The notes under the pieces: model-generated
What the model saw: the letters and a program-made list of their open reading frames with translations, nothing else
Told to the model about the DNA's origin: nothing
The model's database searches: none
Translations under genes and position numbers: made by a program
Shown here: one piece after another, positions 46,967-56,742 of the stretch
Position numbering within the stretch: position 1 is the first letter of the stretch
How the letters are laid out: every line of letters begins with the position of its first letter
IMG/VR virus record: IMGVR_UViG_3300023235_001181
Length of the DNA: 64,000 bases
Source of the DNA: a virus
Strand: one strand, 5' to 3'

Positions 46967-47476
46967 TCAGATGTGTCGCATGGTGTCAGTGTTGCGGCGC
47001 TTGGCTTCCGCCTCGTTGAAATCCCGGTTGCGCCAACTGAACTCGTAGATGCTGAGGCGGCGCTTCTTCTCGTTCTGTCCATCAGGCTGGATGGTCACCG
47101 TCTTGTTGGTGATGCCCGTGATGGTGCCGATGTAGCTGAGGTTGTAGCTGTGGTACTCGGCTCGGTCACCCACATGGAAGGTGCGGCGGTACTCAGCGGC
47201 CCCGTCTACGCGGTTGGAGTTGATGCCGTGTAGGCGGATGAAGGTGTACTCGTCCACGTAGGCGTGATGGCCTTCAGCCACTTCACCCACGATCATCACC
47301 CCACCGCTGCGCCGATTCTTGGCCCGCACGTTGTAGATCTGGTACAGGCCGAGCTTGCGGCTGACGGTCAACATGCGGTGAGCGGGGTCGGCGCACTCTG
47401 CTGCTTCGGTGCGTCCGGCAACCTCGTTGTCGCGGTCGTCGTCATCATCCATCAGCAGTGCAAGTCGGTCGATCAT
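46967..47476 (-). CDS. hypothetical protein
   Basis: 169 aa. Confidence 0.45.
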   Translation of the reverse strand: MIDRLALLMDDDDDRDNEVAGRTEAAECADPAHRMLTVSRKLGLYQIYNVRAKNRRSGGVMIVGEVAEGHHAYVDEYTFIRLHGINSNRVDGAAEYRRTFHVGDRAEYHSYNLSYIGTITGITNKTVTIQPDGQNEKKRRLSIYEFSWRNRDFNEAEAKRRNTDTMRHI

Positions 47477-47650
47477 TGAGCGCTCCTATACTCGGACAAC
47501 GTAGCGACAGGGGGAGATCTCAGAGAGGAACTCGCCCATTTTCACGCCTTGTCGCGGGTCACCTTCTTGTAGATGAGGCGGGCCATGGCTCCTCCGACAC
47601 CTACGTCCTTGATTGGAGGGGCCTTGAGCGGCTTGGTGTTGGCGGGGATC

Positions 47651-48094
47651 TTAGCTGGCATCTGGGCTCCAAACTGGAAGGAAGCGTGCTTCCTCAAAGG
47701 TGTAGTCCCCTTCGACGGGGATGTTGTAGTTGTGGCTGAAGTGCATGACGTTGATACGTCCACGCTCATCAGCACGTCGGTCGATGTTGGCCTGAGCAGC
47801 CTCAGGGTCGTTGGCGAAGTACACCCACTCCCACTGGAAGCTCGTCCCTCGCGGGAGCCACTTCATGATGGAGCCGAGTGCCCGGCCACGGTGGAGCGGT
47901 CCGATGAGATGTGGGTCGGTGATCACCACTCCGACACCTTCAGCGTAGGCGGTCAGAACCTCGGCGCGGACAACTGAGATGGTGCGGGGGTCGTCAATGA
48001 GGGTGTAGCCCTGCGTGACGTACTCGCGCCTTGCCAGTTCTGTCTTGCCGGAGCCCGGTAGGCCCACGATGAAGGTGACGTTCACTCGATCCAC
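47651..48094 (-). CDS. P-loop NTPase/kinase-like protein
   Basis: 147 aa; Walker A GLPGSGKT at residue 11. Confidence 0.5.
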   Translation of the reverse strand: MDRVNVTFIVGLPGSGKTELARREYVTQGYTLIDDPRTISVVRAEVLTAYAEGVGVVITDPHLIGPLHRGRALGSIMKWLPRGTSFQWEWVYFANDPEAAQANIDRRADERGRINVMHFSHNYNIPVEGDYTFEEARFLPVWSPDAS

Positions 48095-48735
48095 CCCTTG
48101 TTCCGGAAGTAGGAGAACAGGTCCTCCACCTTGCAGAGCTTGTAGGCGTAGTTGGTGCAGTTGCCGTAGTACTCGTTCTCTTCACGCGTCCCCGTCTTCA
48201 CTACGGAGTGGAGCAGGCTCTTGTACTGCAAGAAGCTGAGATCAGGCTTGATCTCCTCAAGCACCTTGTCCAGAGCTACCAACTCTTCGGGCTGGTTGCC
48301 GGTGGAGTAGCCGGTCGATTCTGCATCATCCCAGCACGAGCCCCCACTCATGCCTCCGGTCTCCCATTCACAGAACAGGTACGCATCCTTCGTGGTCTTG
48401 GTCGCCTTGCGTCCATAGCCGTAGGATGCCCGGAAGGTGGGGTCCTGCTCACGGAAGCCGTTGCCCCAGTTGCCGACACTGATGTCAGCCTCCTCGCAGA
48501 TCCGCTTCACACGGGTCACGAACACAGCGAGTGGGGACATGCTCCGGGTACTGACGTCCAGCCAGCCTTCGGAGACGCAGTAGTCCCTACCCTGTTCGGT
48601 CAGGACGCCGTCGTCGGTGATGAGGCACTTGCGAACGAGCGCGTCCTTGGTCGCCTTGGGAGCGTCGAAAACGTCTCCCTCACACAACCGTCGCAGGATG
48701 CGGTCTTGTGCGTCTGTGGTCTTGATTCGCGGCAT
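48082..48735 (-). CDS. hypothetical protein
   Basis: 217 aa; promoter-like variant motif 48747-48775 upstream. Confidence 0.45.
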   Translation of the reverse strand: MPRIKTTDAQDRILRRLCEGDVFDAPKATKDALVRKCLITDDGVLTEQGRDYCVSEGWLDVSTRSMSPLAVFVTRVKRICEEADISVGNWGNGFREQDPTFRASYGYGRKATKTTKDAYLFCEWETGGMSGGSCWDDAESTGYSTGNQPEELVALDKVLEEIKPDLSFLQYKSLLHSVVKTGTREENEYYGNCTNYAYKLCKVEDLFSYFRNKGWIE

Positions 48736-48792
48736 AGTGTCCTCCAGAGTCCTTCCAACACTTTTCGTCCTTGGAAGTTAGAGGGCTTCCAA

Positions 48793-49170
48793 TCAGATGA
48801 GTCCGGCCTTCACGGTCGCTACGGGAAACTTGTACTTGCCGCCGCGCGGCCCAGTAGCACTCACCGGGTACTTGTAGCGGGTGAGCTTGAAGCCGGTCAC
48901 CGTGTAGGTGGTCGGCCCCGATTTGAACGTCCGGCCCATGAGGTCCTCGGGGAGGCCAAAGCCACGGCACGCGCTCAGGAAGGCTGCGCTAACGGCGGGC
49001 TTCCCATCATCACCGTTCACGGCGATGGTTTCGATGCGGAACTTGGCAGTGAGGCTGTCGAGGCCCAAGCTGCCACCGTCCGAAGTGATCGTCACCCCAT
49101 GCTTGCGAGCAACCTCGGCGCAGGCGGCTTCCATATCTGCGGTGATCATGCGGGCGATTGCTCTGTTCAT
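48793..49170 (-). CDS. hypothetical protein
   Basis: 125 aa; ACGGAGCACCAC-ATG context. Confidence 0.45.
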   Translation of the reverse strand: MNRAIARMITADMEAACAEVARKHGVTITSDGGSLGLDSLTAKFRIETIAVNGDDGKPAVSAAFLSACRGFGLPEDLMGRTFKSGPTTYTVTGFKLTRYKYPVSATGPRGGKYKFPVATVKAGLI

Positions 49171-49205
49171 GTGGTGCTCCGTGCGTGGTTGCTTGCTACA
49201 TACCT

Positions 49206-49235
49206 AACGCCCGCTGCCCCCACGAACTCAGAGAG
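49206..49235 (-). promoter_or_regulatory. bipartite promoter-like motif (CTCTGAGT-N16-GCGTTA)
   Basis: minus-sense cctCTCTGAGTtcgtgggggcagcggGCGTTAggtatg...ACGGAGcaccacATG. Confidence 0.45.
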
Positions 49236-49239
49236 GACT

Positions 49240-49452
49240 CTAAGCCGAGCCGTACTTGTACGACTTGAACATCTGGTACTCGGTGTCCTCAATGAAGCCA
49301 AGCGCCCCGAGGGCCTTCTTGTCCTCGTCACTCACCGAGTCGTACTCCACGCCCACCTGCATCACGTCGTGTTCACAGTGAGTGGGCCACTTCGTGTCGG
49401 TGTACTTCCCAAAGATGGTGAAGGCAGCGATCAGTTCTTCGCATCCGGTCAT
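49240..49452 (-). CDS. small hypothetical protein
   Basis: 70 aa. Confidence 0.35.
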   Translation of the reverse strand: MTGCEELIAAFTIFGKYTDTKWPTHCEHDVMQVGVEYDSVSDEDKKALGALGFIEDTEYQMFKSYKYGSA

Positions 49453-50270
49453 GGCGAGATCTCCTCAGTCACTCGGTTCACCTCTGCTACGAGCAGGTCA
49501 GTGTCACAGGCGTAGAGGCCTGCGGAGCTGAAGCTGCCCACTTCGAGGATGTGGTAGTTGCCCGCCTTGGTCTGACACATGTCGAGCACCCAAACGTGGT
49601 CAGGCTCGTACTTCTGCTCCAAGCAGTAGTCCACGAACTCCTGGCCACGTCGTAGGGCGTCAGCCGTGGCAAGCTCGCGGGGGTGGTTGTACCCGCGTCG
49701 ATACAGAGAGCCGGTGACAACGCGCCCCTGGGCCACGAAGAAACGCCACTCCACCTCTACGTTGATGGGTCGAGCGACAACCACCATCGTTTCGGGCTTC
49801 ACCACGTCGTCGTAGAAGCCCATCAGCTCGATGTCCCTGTCCCACGTCTCCCTCTTCAACAACTGTCCGCTGAAGAGCTTCCGGTTGCTGTCAGGGCGCA
49901 CGAACAGGCACCCGTCCTCGCCCAACGCGGCGAAGAGCATCTCCTTGTGTGCAGTCAGGAGGCCGAACGGCATGAAGATGTGGTCGCGGTTGAGCAGACG
50001 GTCCCTGATGCGCGGGTAGTAGAAGGAGCACATGAGCTGGTCGGCGTTCTCGTAGACCGTCCATCCTTGCTCCCGCGCCATTTCCACTGCCTGAAGAGAG
50101 CCGTGGAACACCATCGGGTAGACGCCGTTCGTGGCGGCGAGCATCTCGAACCCTCCGTCCATCGGCATGAACTTGGGAGCGTAAACACTCCACCCCAATG
50201 CCTCAGCGGAGGCAGCGAGCTTGCTCTCGTACTCAGGCTCGATGCCCGTTTCGATCACCCAACCGGGCAT
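49449..50270 (-). CDS. hypothetical protein, possibly ATP-grasp-fold
   Basis: 273 aa; alternating beta-like segments (LFVRPDS, VVVARPINVEVEWRFFV, WVLDMCQTKAGNYHILEV) weakly resemble ATP-grasp central/C domains. Confidence 0.3.
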   Translation of the reverse strand: MPGWVIETGIEPEYESKLAASAEALGWSVYAPKFMPMDGGFEMLAATNGVYPMVFHGSLQAVEMAREQGWTVYENADQLMCSFYYPRIRDRLLNRDHIFMPFGLLTAHKEMLFAALGEDGCLFVRPDSNRKLFSGQLLKRETWDRDIELMGFYDDVVKPETMVVVARPINVEVEWRFFVAQGRVVTGSLYRRGYNHPRELATADALRRGQEFVDYCLEQKYEPDHVWVLDMCQTKAGNYHILEVGSFSSAGLYACDTDLLVAEVNRVTEEISP

Positions 50271-50327
50271 GTAAGACTCCGTAGTAGTTTCTCGCCCTCA
50301 AACGGCGGCAGAGGGCGAGAAGTGCAA

Positions 50328-52541
50328 TCAGCTCTTGAACATGTCGTAGCTCATGTTCTTATCTACATCGCTCAGGAAGTGAGTGATGGCCGTCTCCACG
50401 GAGTCCCACTCAAGCGCTGCACCTTGACGCCCTTCGAGGTTCGCCTGAATGTACTCAGCCGCCTCCTTGAAGGAGCTCGCCTCGATGAGGGCCAGTGCCT
50501 CCCTGAAGGCGCTCACTGTGATGAACTCCAGCCGTCCGGCTTGCATCAGGATGTCGCTGATGCCGATGTGGCGGTACTCCTGACCCCGCTTCTTGGAGTA
50601 CTCGGGGAGCAGGTTCGGGTCGGCGAAGTACCACTCAAAAGAGCCTGGGTTCTCGTACAGCAGCACCTCGTCGGGTCGGGAGGGGTCGTCGAGCTGGTAG
50701 TTCAGCACCCAAGTCATCCAGCACCCGCCGTTCATCCACCGGTCGAAGGCCACGTCCATCACGGGGACGTCAGGGTTGCGCTCGCGGAGCCTCAGGTACG
50801 TCACGGCTGCCAGGAACATCCGCTTGCGCACGGGAGCTACCCAGCGTGCCGTGGGCTTGACACCCTCGTCGTTCTTGTCCCACTCGTAGCCCTCGCTCTC
50901 ACGGGGGGTGACGCCGTAGCTCAGAATCGATTGGAGCACGTTGTAGCTGAGGCGGATCCAGTCCGGGTGGAGCTTGTCGCCCGCTGTGCCGAACCTCATC
51001 GAAGTCCTGAGTCCGGCAGCGATTGTGGGCATACAGAAGCCCGCACTGTCGCAGGTGCTCCAATGGCTCTGCTGGAAGAGGAACTGAGGGATCTCGTACT
51101 CGGGGAGGTCGAACTCGGGTGCTTCGTACCGAGGCTGTCCGGTCTCGTGCCAATCGTCCTCGCGGGAGTTGAGGATGCGGTCCGCCGAGTAGGCAAGGCT
51201 CTGAGCCTTGGCGTCGTCGTCCATGGCATTCCACTTCGCCAGGATCTCCTCGCGGGGCTTGTCGCGGAAGCTGTACCCGTTGAAGAACGCGGCCACAAGC
51301 ACCTTCTCGGGCGGTGCCTCGAGTCCTGCTTCGCGGGTCACATAGTCGGTCAACTCGTCCGGGGCACGCACCCACTCGAAGGTCGCGTACTCGGTGGTGT
51401 CGTCGTCACGGGCGTTGTTGTGAACGAACTTGTAGACGCCTGGCTTCACGTCCACGACGCTCACGGTCCACCCGTCGAGCTCTTCCTTCACACGCCTCGC
51501 TGAATCCTCGCCAAACACGAACGCGCTGCGCCGGATGTACTCGTCGTAGTCCACGATGCTGTACCACCACAGGTCCGTACAGATGGAAGCCACATCCTCG
51601 CCCATGGCCTCTACGGCAGCTTCGTACTCGCCTTCAGCCCACTCCACGTTCTCGTACTTGTACTCGTCACCTTCTTTGCCGAGGTACGTGCTGCTCTTGT
51701 ACTCCTCGGGCACGCCTCCGGAGATGGTGTAGTGCTCTGCGTCCCTGCGGTACACGCTGGGGCAGGAGTTGCCGACGCTTGCGTGGCTCATGCCTACACG
51801 GCTGTAGGCCAGGGCGGTCTCGTGCTGTCCGAGGATCATGTTCACGGAGCTGACGGACTCGCTCATGGGGAACACGTCCCGCAGGTCGTTGGCGACAACG
51901 AGCTTGCCGCTTGGGACGTTGAGTTCCCAGGTGGTCGTGGGCAGTCCCTCGGGGTACTTGCAGGGAGCGCCCACTACCTTCCAGGTGCCGTCGAAGGACA
52001 CCTTGTAGCCTTTGCCGCAGTAGGTGCATTCGCTCGACATGCCGATGCGGATGATCTCAGGCTCGAGGGTCCACTCTCCGGTGTCGATGAAGTGCTGGTA
52101 GGCTACTGCCTGCTCCTTGGTGATCACCCGGAACCGGAAGTCCTCCTTGAGGCCACGGTCCAGCCAGAACTCCTTGCTGTAGGAGGAGATTGGCAGAGCC
52201 GTTCCGGAACCCCAGTGACCATTCCAGTCCTTGCACTCCAGCAGGGATGGCATCTTCTCCATCAGTGCTGCGCTCAGCGTCAAAGCCTCCGCGAAGTCGA
52301 GGAGCGGGCTGTCACCGCGCGCCTCCTTCTCCGCTTCACGCTTGGCTGCTCGAGCGATGCCGTCAGGGCTTTCCTTCTCTTTCTCAAGCCACGAACGTCG
52401 GTCGGTGGCAAGGGCGGGACGCACGAAACGGTCGTGGGGGAAACTCTCCCCATTGACTACAATCATGCCATCGACCACCGCCTCAACGAGCACGTCGCAC
52501 TTGAGGAGTAGGTCGTAGGCGGTTTCACCGGATCTAAGCAA
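50328..52541 (-). CDS. large hypothetical protein (737 aa)
   Basis: long uninterrupted ORF. Confidence 0.55.
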   Translation of the reverse strand: MLRSGETAYDLLLKCDVLVEAVVDGMIVVNGESFPHDRFVRPALATDRRSWLEKEKESPDGIARAAKREAEKEARGDSPLLDFAEALTLSAALMEKMPSLLECKDWNGHWGSGTALPISSYSKEFWLDRGLKEDFRFRVITKEQAVAYQHFIDTGEWTLEPEIIRIGMSSECTYCGKGYKVSFDGTWKVVGAPCKYPEGLPTTTWELNVPSGKLVVANDLRDVFPMSESVSSVNMILGQHETALAYSRVGMSHASVGNSCPSVYRRDAEHYTISGGVPEEYKSSTYLGKEGDEYKYENVEWAEGEYEAAVEAMGEDVASICTDLWWYSIVDYDEYIRRSAFVFGEDSARRVKEELDGWTVSVVDVKPGVYKFVHNNARDDDTTEYATFEWVRAPDELTDYVTREAGLEAPPEKVLVAAFFNGYSFRDKPREEILAKWNAMDDDAKAQSLAYSADRILNSREDDWHETGQPRYEAPEFDLPEYEIPQFLFQQSHWSTCDSAGFCMPTIAAGLRTSMRFGTAGDKLHPDWIRLSYNVLQSILSYGVTPRESEGYEWDKNDEGVKPTARWVAPVRKRMFLAAVTYLRLRERNPDVPVMDVAFDRWMNGGCWMTWVLNYQLDDPSRPDEVLLYENPGSFEWYFADPNLLPEYSKKRGQEYRHIGISDILMQAGRLEFITVSAFREALALIEASSFKEAAEYIQANLEGRQGAALEWDSVETAITHFLSDVDKNMSYDMFKS

Positions 52542-52544
52542 TGG

Positions 52545-54038
52545 TCACCTCATTGTCGGGAACAGAATCACGTCCCGAATTGATTGTGTGTCTGTCAACA
52601 GCATCACGAGCCGGTCGATGCCAATCCCCTCACCGGAGGTGGGAGGCATACCGAAGCTCAACGCGTCGATGTAGTCCTGGTCGAAGTACATGGCTTCATC
52701 GTCCCCGCGTGCCTTGGCAGCAGCCTGGGCCTGGAAACGAGCAGCCTGCTCAACGGGGTCGTTCAGCTCTTGGAAGCCGTTGGCGATTTCCATACCGGCG
52801 ATGTAGAGCTCGAAGCGGTCTGCTACCTCTGGGTCATCAGCAGATGCTCGAGAGAGTGGGCTGATGTCCAAGGGGAATCCGGTCACGAAGGTCGGCTGGA
52901 TCAGCTTGTCCTCAACGTACTCGTCGAAGTAGAGCTGGAACCACCGCCCGATGGTCCGGGGGAGCTTGGTAGCGTCCGGGTGGTCCTGTACCCACCTCGA
53001 GCGCATCTCGGGCATGGAGAAGGGGTCGTTGATGCCCGCGTGCTCCATGATCAGGTCGGCCATGCTCACGCGCCTGAAGGTGGTCAGGTCAAGCTCGTGC
53101 CCGTCGTAGGTGCAGACGTCCATCGGAAGGAACTCGCCAACCCGGCAGGCTTCCTCGTAGATGACGCGGTTGTTGGCACCACGGATGATGGCTTCGGTGG
53201 TGTCCATCAGGTCAGCCGGTGTGGCGTGGGCCTGATAGAACTCCAGCATGGTGAACTCGGGGTTGTGCGTCCCGTCCACTCCCTCGTTCCGGAAGTTGCG
53301 GTTCAGCTCGAACACTCGCTCGTAGCCACCCACGATGAGCCTCTTGAGGTAGAGCTCAGGGGCGATGCGTAGGTAGAGGTCCTTGTCGAGAGCGTTGTGG
53401 TGCGTCACGAATGGTCGTGCGTTCGCACCGCCTGGGAGCGTCTGCATCATCGGCGTCTCCACCTCCATGAACCGATGGTCTTCAAAGTACCTCCGGATGT
53501 AGGATACGATGGTGCTGCGCGCACGGAACCGGTCGCGAGTGTCTTGGCTCACGATGAGGTCGAGGTACCGCTGACGGCGCTGCTGCTCCACGTCGGTGAA
53601 CCCCGCGTGCTTGTCCGGCAGGCTCTTGATGCACTTGGAGTAGAGCGCAAGGCTGTCCACCTTGAGGCTCAGGTCACCGCGTCGGGTACGGATGAGCTGC
53701 GCTTCTGCGTACACCCAGTCGCCGATGTCCAACTTCTTCCACACGTCGGCGTACATGACGGGGCCGATGCCCGCACGGCGCACGAACAACTGCATCCGGC
53801 TTTCGCCATCCTCGATGAAGGCGAAGCCAATCTTGCCCATCTCGTTCTTCTGGACGATGCGTCCGGCCACACGGTAGACGGTGGTCTGCGCCTCCAACTC
53901 CTCCGCGCTCAGATCAGCACCGATGCGCAAGATCTCGAGCAGCCGGTGGCTGAGGTCCTTGGAGACGGGATAGGGATCTACGCCTTCAGCGCGTAGTGCG
54001 TCCAACTTTTCCAGCCGTGCTGGTTCAAATTCGCTCAC
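52545..54038 (-). CDS. lysS: lysyl-tRNA synthetase, class II
   Basis: 497 aa; motif 2 FRNEG..HNPEFTMLEFY, motif 3 GEGIGIDRLVMLLTDTQSIRDVILFPTMR, N-terminal OB anticodon-binding domain. Confidence 0.85.
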   Translation of the reverse strand: MSEFEPARLEKLDALRAEGVDPYPVSKDLSHRLLEILRIGADLSAEELEAQTTVYRVAGRIVQKNEMGKIGFAFIEDGESRMQLFVRRAGIGPVMYADVWKKLDIGDWVYAEAQLIRTRRGDLSLKVDSLALYSKCIKSLPDKHAGFTDVEQQRRQRYLDLIVSQDTRDRFRARSTIVSYIRRYFEDHRFMEVETPMMQTLPGGANARPFVTHHNALDKDLYLRIAPELYLKRLIVGGYERVFELNRNFRNEGVDGTHNPEFTMLEFYQAHATPADLMDTTEAIIRGANNRVIYEEACRVGEFLPMDVCTYDGHELDLTTFRRVSMADLIMEHAGINDPFSMPEMRSRWVQDHPDATKLPRTIGRWFQLYFDEYVEDKLIQPTFVTGFPLDISPLSRASADDPEVADRFELYIAGMEIANGFQELNDPVEQAARFQAQAAAKARGDDEAMYFDQDYIDALSFGMPPTSGEGIGIDRLVMLLTDTQSIRDVILFPTMR

Positions 54039-54164
54039 GGAGCCCTCCGTAGGTCTGCATTACCCCTGGGACGGGGACAGAGTGTTATTCGTGCGAACCC
54101 TATCTCAGTCGAGCAGTAGACTGATCACAGTAGTCTCTTCGCCATTCGAGTGTGATGTGTGGCA

Positions 54165-55736
54165 TTAGGCTGCCGCAGCCACCGCTTCCGCGCGGGCTCG
54201 GGTACACGTCTCGATCAAGCTCAGGGTGATGCCGTCCACGGCGGGTCGGTGTTCGAAGCCGTCACGTCGCGCCGAGTCACCGGGTCCGTACACACGCCAG
54301 CCCTTCGGGAGGTTGCCGTACTGACACACCATCGTAGCGGGTCCGTGTGAGGGGTGAGCAGCGTTCTCGCGCACGGCGAGTACCGGGATGCCGGGGAGGC
54401 TCTGCTTCCCGCTCCAACCCTCTTCCAGCTCATCGCCGAACTTCATGGTCGGTCCGTACTTGGACGTCCAGGCGAGCTTGTAAACCATGCTCACCAAGCC
54501 ACGTCGGTAGCCGGTGGGCTCCGGGCGGTCGATGAAGTAGCCGCCCGCGCCAAACAGCGTCACCTCTTCGGGGTAGTCAACCTCGATGCGGAGCGCCTCG
54601 TACCGTGCAACGTCCTTGTCGTCGATGCCGTCTTCAAATACCCACGGGCGGGGTCGGATGCCGCGTGCCTTGATCTCGCTCACGATGTAGCGGAACTGCT
54701 CCTCAAGGGAGCCGCTGTCGGGTCGCATCCCGTCGTTCCGGTCCGGAAACTCTTCCATGAGCTTCAGGGCGGTCGGGATGCCCACCTTCATCGTGTCGTT
54801 GGTGTCGAGCAGCATGATCACGAGGGGCATTGCGGCGATGTGTGCGCGGAAGGCGCGTTCGTCGTTGCCACCGTGGCGCATGATGCCCTCATGGCCCAGC
54901 GTGCCAACTGCCTTGATGTCCAGCACGTAGGCACCGTAGGCGTTGGAGGTCAGCGTGAAGCCGAGGTCCTTCAGAGCCTTGAGCGCGATGAGGTGCTGCT
55001 CCATGCAGGTTGCGGCGCGGAGGCCAACCTCGAAGATGCGGTTCGGGCTCACGCCGGAGGCCAGCATCTTGATGCCCTGCAACTGCACCGCGTTGTAGTA
55101 GCTGAGCTCGTCCACGGTGATGCCGTTTTCGATGTCCCGCAGCTCCTGTCGGAAGTCGGCATCGCCGAAGTCCCTGCCCTTGTGGGCACCGAGGATCGCC
55201 TCCATGGTGAGCTCCTTCTGGCGCTCACAGGTCACGGTGCGGATGGTCTCGAGGAAGGCGGGCATCGTGTCGCCCTCGCGGGCCTTGATGTAGGCGGTCG
55301 CTACCTGCATCTGGTAGCTGAAGCGTCCCGAAACCAACGGCTCGAGCCAGCTTGCGATGGCCTGAGGAGCTCGCACGGTAGCCACGGGCTCACGGGGAGC
55401 AGCGTACTCGCCAAAGGGTGTCGCGTAGAGCACCTCAAGGCTGGAGCCGTCCACGGAGTCCCACAGCATCTTCTCGGTCACGTTGAAGCCGAAGTGCTGC
55501 AGTAGCGCGCACTCTTCCTTCACGGTCGCTGAGGTGGGGTTGGGGATCATCTCGCGGATCGCCGTCTCGGGATCCACAGGCATGAACATGAGCCCGCCGC
55601 GTCGGAAGCTCAGATAGAACACTTCCTTCTCTTCGGGGCGTCCGCCAGCCATCATGGGCCACTTGTAGCCGTCCGATCCGAGGGTGCTTTCGCGCCAGGA
55701 TCGCTTGCCTGCAAGTAGTTGTCGTAGAATGCTCAT
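54165..55736 (-). CDS. nadV: nicotinamide phosphoribosyltransferase family protein (NadV/Nampt-like; alternatively a Namat-type transferase)
   Basis: 523 aa; GSDGYKWPM (cf. TDSYKVTH), GIRPDSGSLEE (cf. RPDSGNP), FGAGGYF (cf. FGSGGGL). Confidence 0.75.
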   Translation of the reverse strand: MSILRQLLAGKRSWRESTLGSDGYKWPMMAGGRPEEKEVFYLSFRRGGLMFMPVDPETAIREMIPNPTSATVKEECALLQHFGFNVTEKMLWDSVDGSSLEVLYATPFGEYAAPREPVATVRAPQAIASWLEPLVSGRFSYQMQVATAYIKAREGDTMPAFLETIRTVTCERQKELTMEAILGAHKGRDFGDADFRQELRDIENGITVDELSYYNAVQLQGIKMLASGVSPNRIFEVGLRAATCMEQHLIALKALKDLGFTLTSNAYGAYVLDIKAVGTLGHEGIMRHGGNDERAFRAHIAAMPLVIMLLDTNDTMKVGIPTALKLMEEFPDRNDGMRPDSGSLEEQFRYIVSEIKARGIRPRPWVFEDGIDDKDVARYEALRIEVDYPEEVTLFGAGGYFIDRPEPTGYRRGLVSMVYKLAWTSKYGPTMKFGDELEEGWSGKQSLPGIPVLAVRENAAHPSHGPATMVCQYGNLPKGWRVYGPGDSARRDGFEHRPAVDGITLSLIETCTRARAEAVAAAA

Positions 55737-55764
55737 AATTCCTCGGGTGTCCAGTTACTCCATC

Positions 55765-55794
55765 AACGACGGATACCCCGAGGAAGTTAGAGAG
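55765..55794 (-). promoter_or_regulatory. bipartite promoter-like motif variant (CTCTCTAACT-N16-CGTTGA) upstream of nadV-like gene
   Basis: minus-sense gttCTCTCTAACTtcctcggggtatccgtCGTTGAtggag...gaggaattATG. Confidence 0.4.
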
Positions 55795-55812
55795 AACTTG
55801 TAGGTTTCGAAC

Positions 55813-56733
55813 TCAGCGGCGGGTACCAGTACGCACCATCAGGTTGAGGGTCTTCCCGCTCACTTTGAAGGTGGCTGTCTGTCCCCATGCGAACTCCAGC
55901 CGGTCAGATTCGATGCCGTCCCCGAAGATGACTCCACCTTCCTGCATACGCGACGTCACCTTGAGAGGAGCATCCGGCTCCACATACCCTTGCTGGATTG
56001 AAACGCCTGAGAAGGGGCTGTCCCAAGCCTCTCTCACCTGAAAGATCAGCACTCCCTCTTCGGGATCTGGGAAGGGCAGAGGGTTCCGGCGCTGTGATGC
56101 GACGGAGCTTGCCCAACCCGTACAACCCGTACCGGAGCTGATGATCATACCAGAGGAGCTCTGGTACTCGGTGTGCTGCTCGTAGGCGATGTCGTACTTG
56201 GCGCTCTGATGGGAGTGGTGTCCGCAGAACAGCTCGTTGAGGGCGATGATCTTCCGTCCCTCCTCTTGCGTTTCGTCGTCCTTGATCTCCACCTCCACCA
56301 TTGAGCGGCGCTGAAGCTTGGCGGTGTTGTTCTTGAGGTAGCCGTAGAGCAAGGGGATCTCCCGCTCACGCCACACCATCATCTTCGCCTTGTAGGAGGT
56401 GTCGGGGTTGATCCCGGCGACAGTCTGCCCGTCCAGGTACTTGGCTACGTTCGGGACCAAGCCGTCCTGCCCCACAGCAACGATGATGTCACCGGGCTGA
56501 AAGACAAACCTGTCCAGATCGCTCCGGAGGCAGCTCGTCTTTCGCCAGGTGTGTGGTACATCGCGGAGGGCACGGGCAGCAACTTTCAAGGTGACGGCGT
56601 GCATCCGTTCCACCTTGTCCATCGACTGCCCCATCAGCTCAAGCCTGAACCTCGCCATCTGAACGGTCCCGTGCTCTACGAGCAGAGATTCGTACTCGGT
56701 GGTTCTGCGAACCACTACTACTCGAGGTTCCAC
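55813..56733 (-). CDS. NAD kinase-like protein
   Basis: 306 aa; GDIIVAVGQDGLV (GGDG-type), IALNELF (NE/D motif), SGMIISSGTGCTGWASS (cf. [20 protein letters not shown]). Confidence 0.55.
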   Translation of the reverse strand: MEPRVVVVRRTTEYESLLVEHGTVQMARFRLELMGQSMDKVERMHAVTLKVAARALRDVPHTWRKTSCLRSDLDRFVFQPGDIIVAVGQDGLVPNVAKYLDGQTVAGINPDTSYKAKMMVWREREIPLLYGYLKNNTAKLQRRSMVEVEIKDDETQEEGRKIIALNELFCGHHSHQSAKYDIAYEQHTEYQSSSGMIISSGTGCTGWASSVASQRRNPLPFPDPEEGVLIFQVREAWDSPFSGVSIQQGYVEPDAPLKVTSRMQEGGVIFGDGIESDRLEFAWGQTATFKVSGKTLNLMVRTGTRR

Positions 56734-56742
56734 GGCTGCCTC

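Noticed and set aside
49449-50270. Confident ATP-grasp ligase assignment
   Set aside because: Only a loose beta-strand pattern is similar. No clear ATP-binding K/E/D motifs were identified, so the call is kept as low-confidence.
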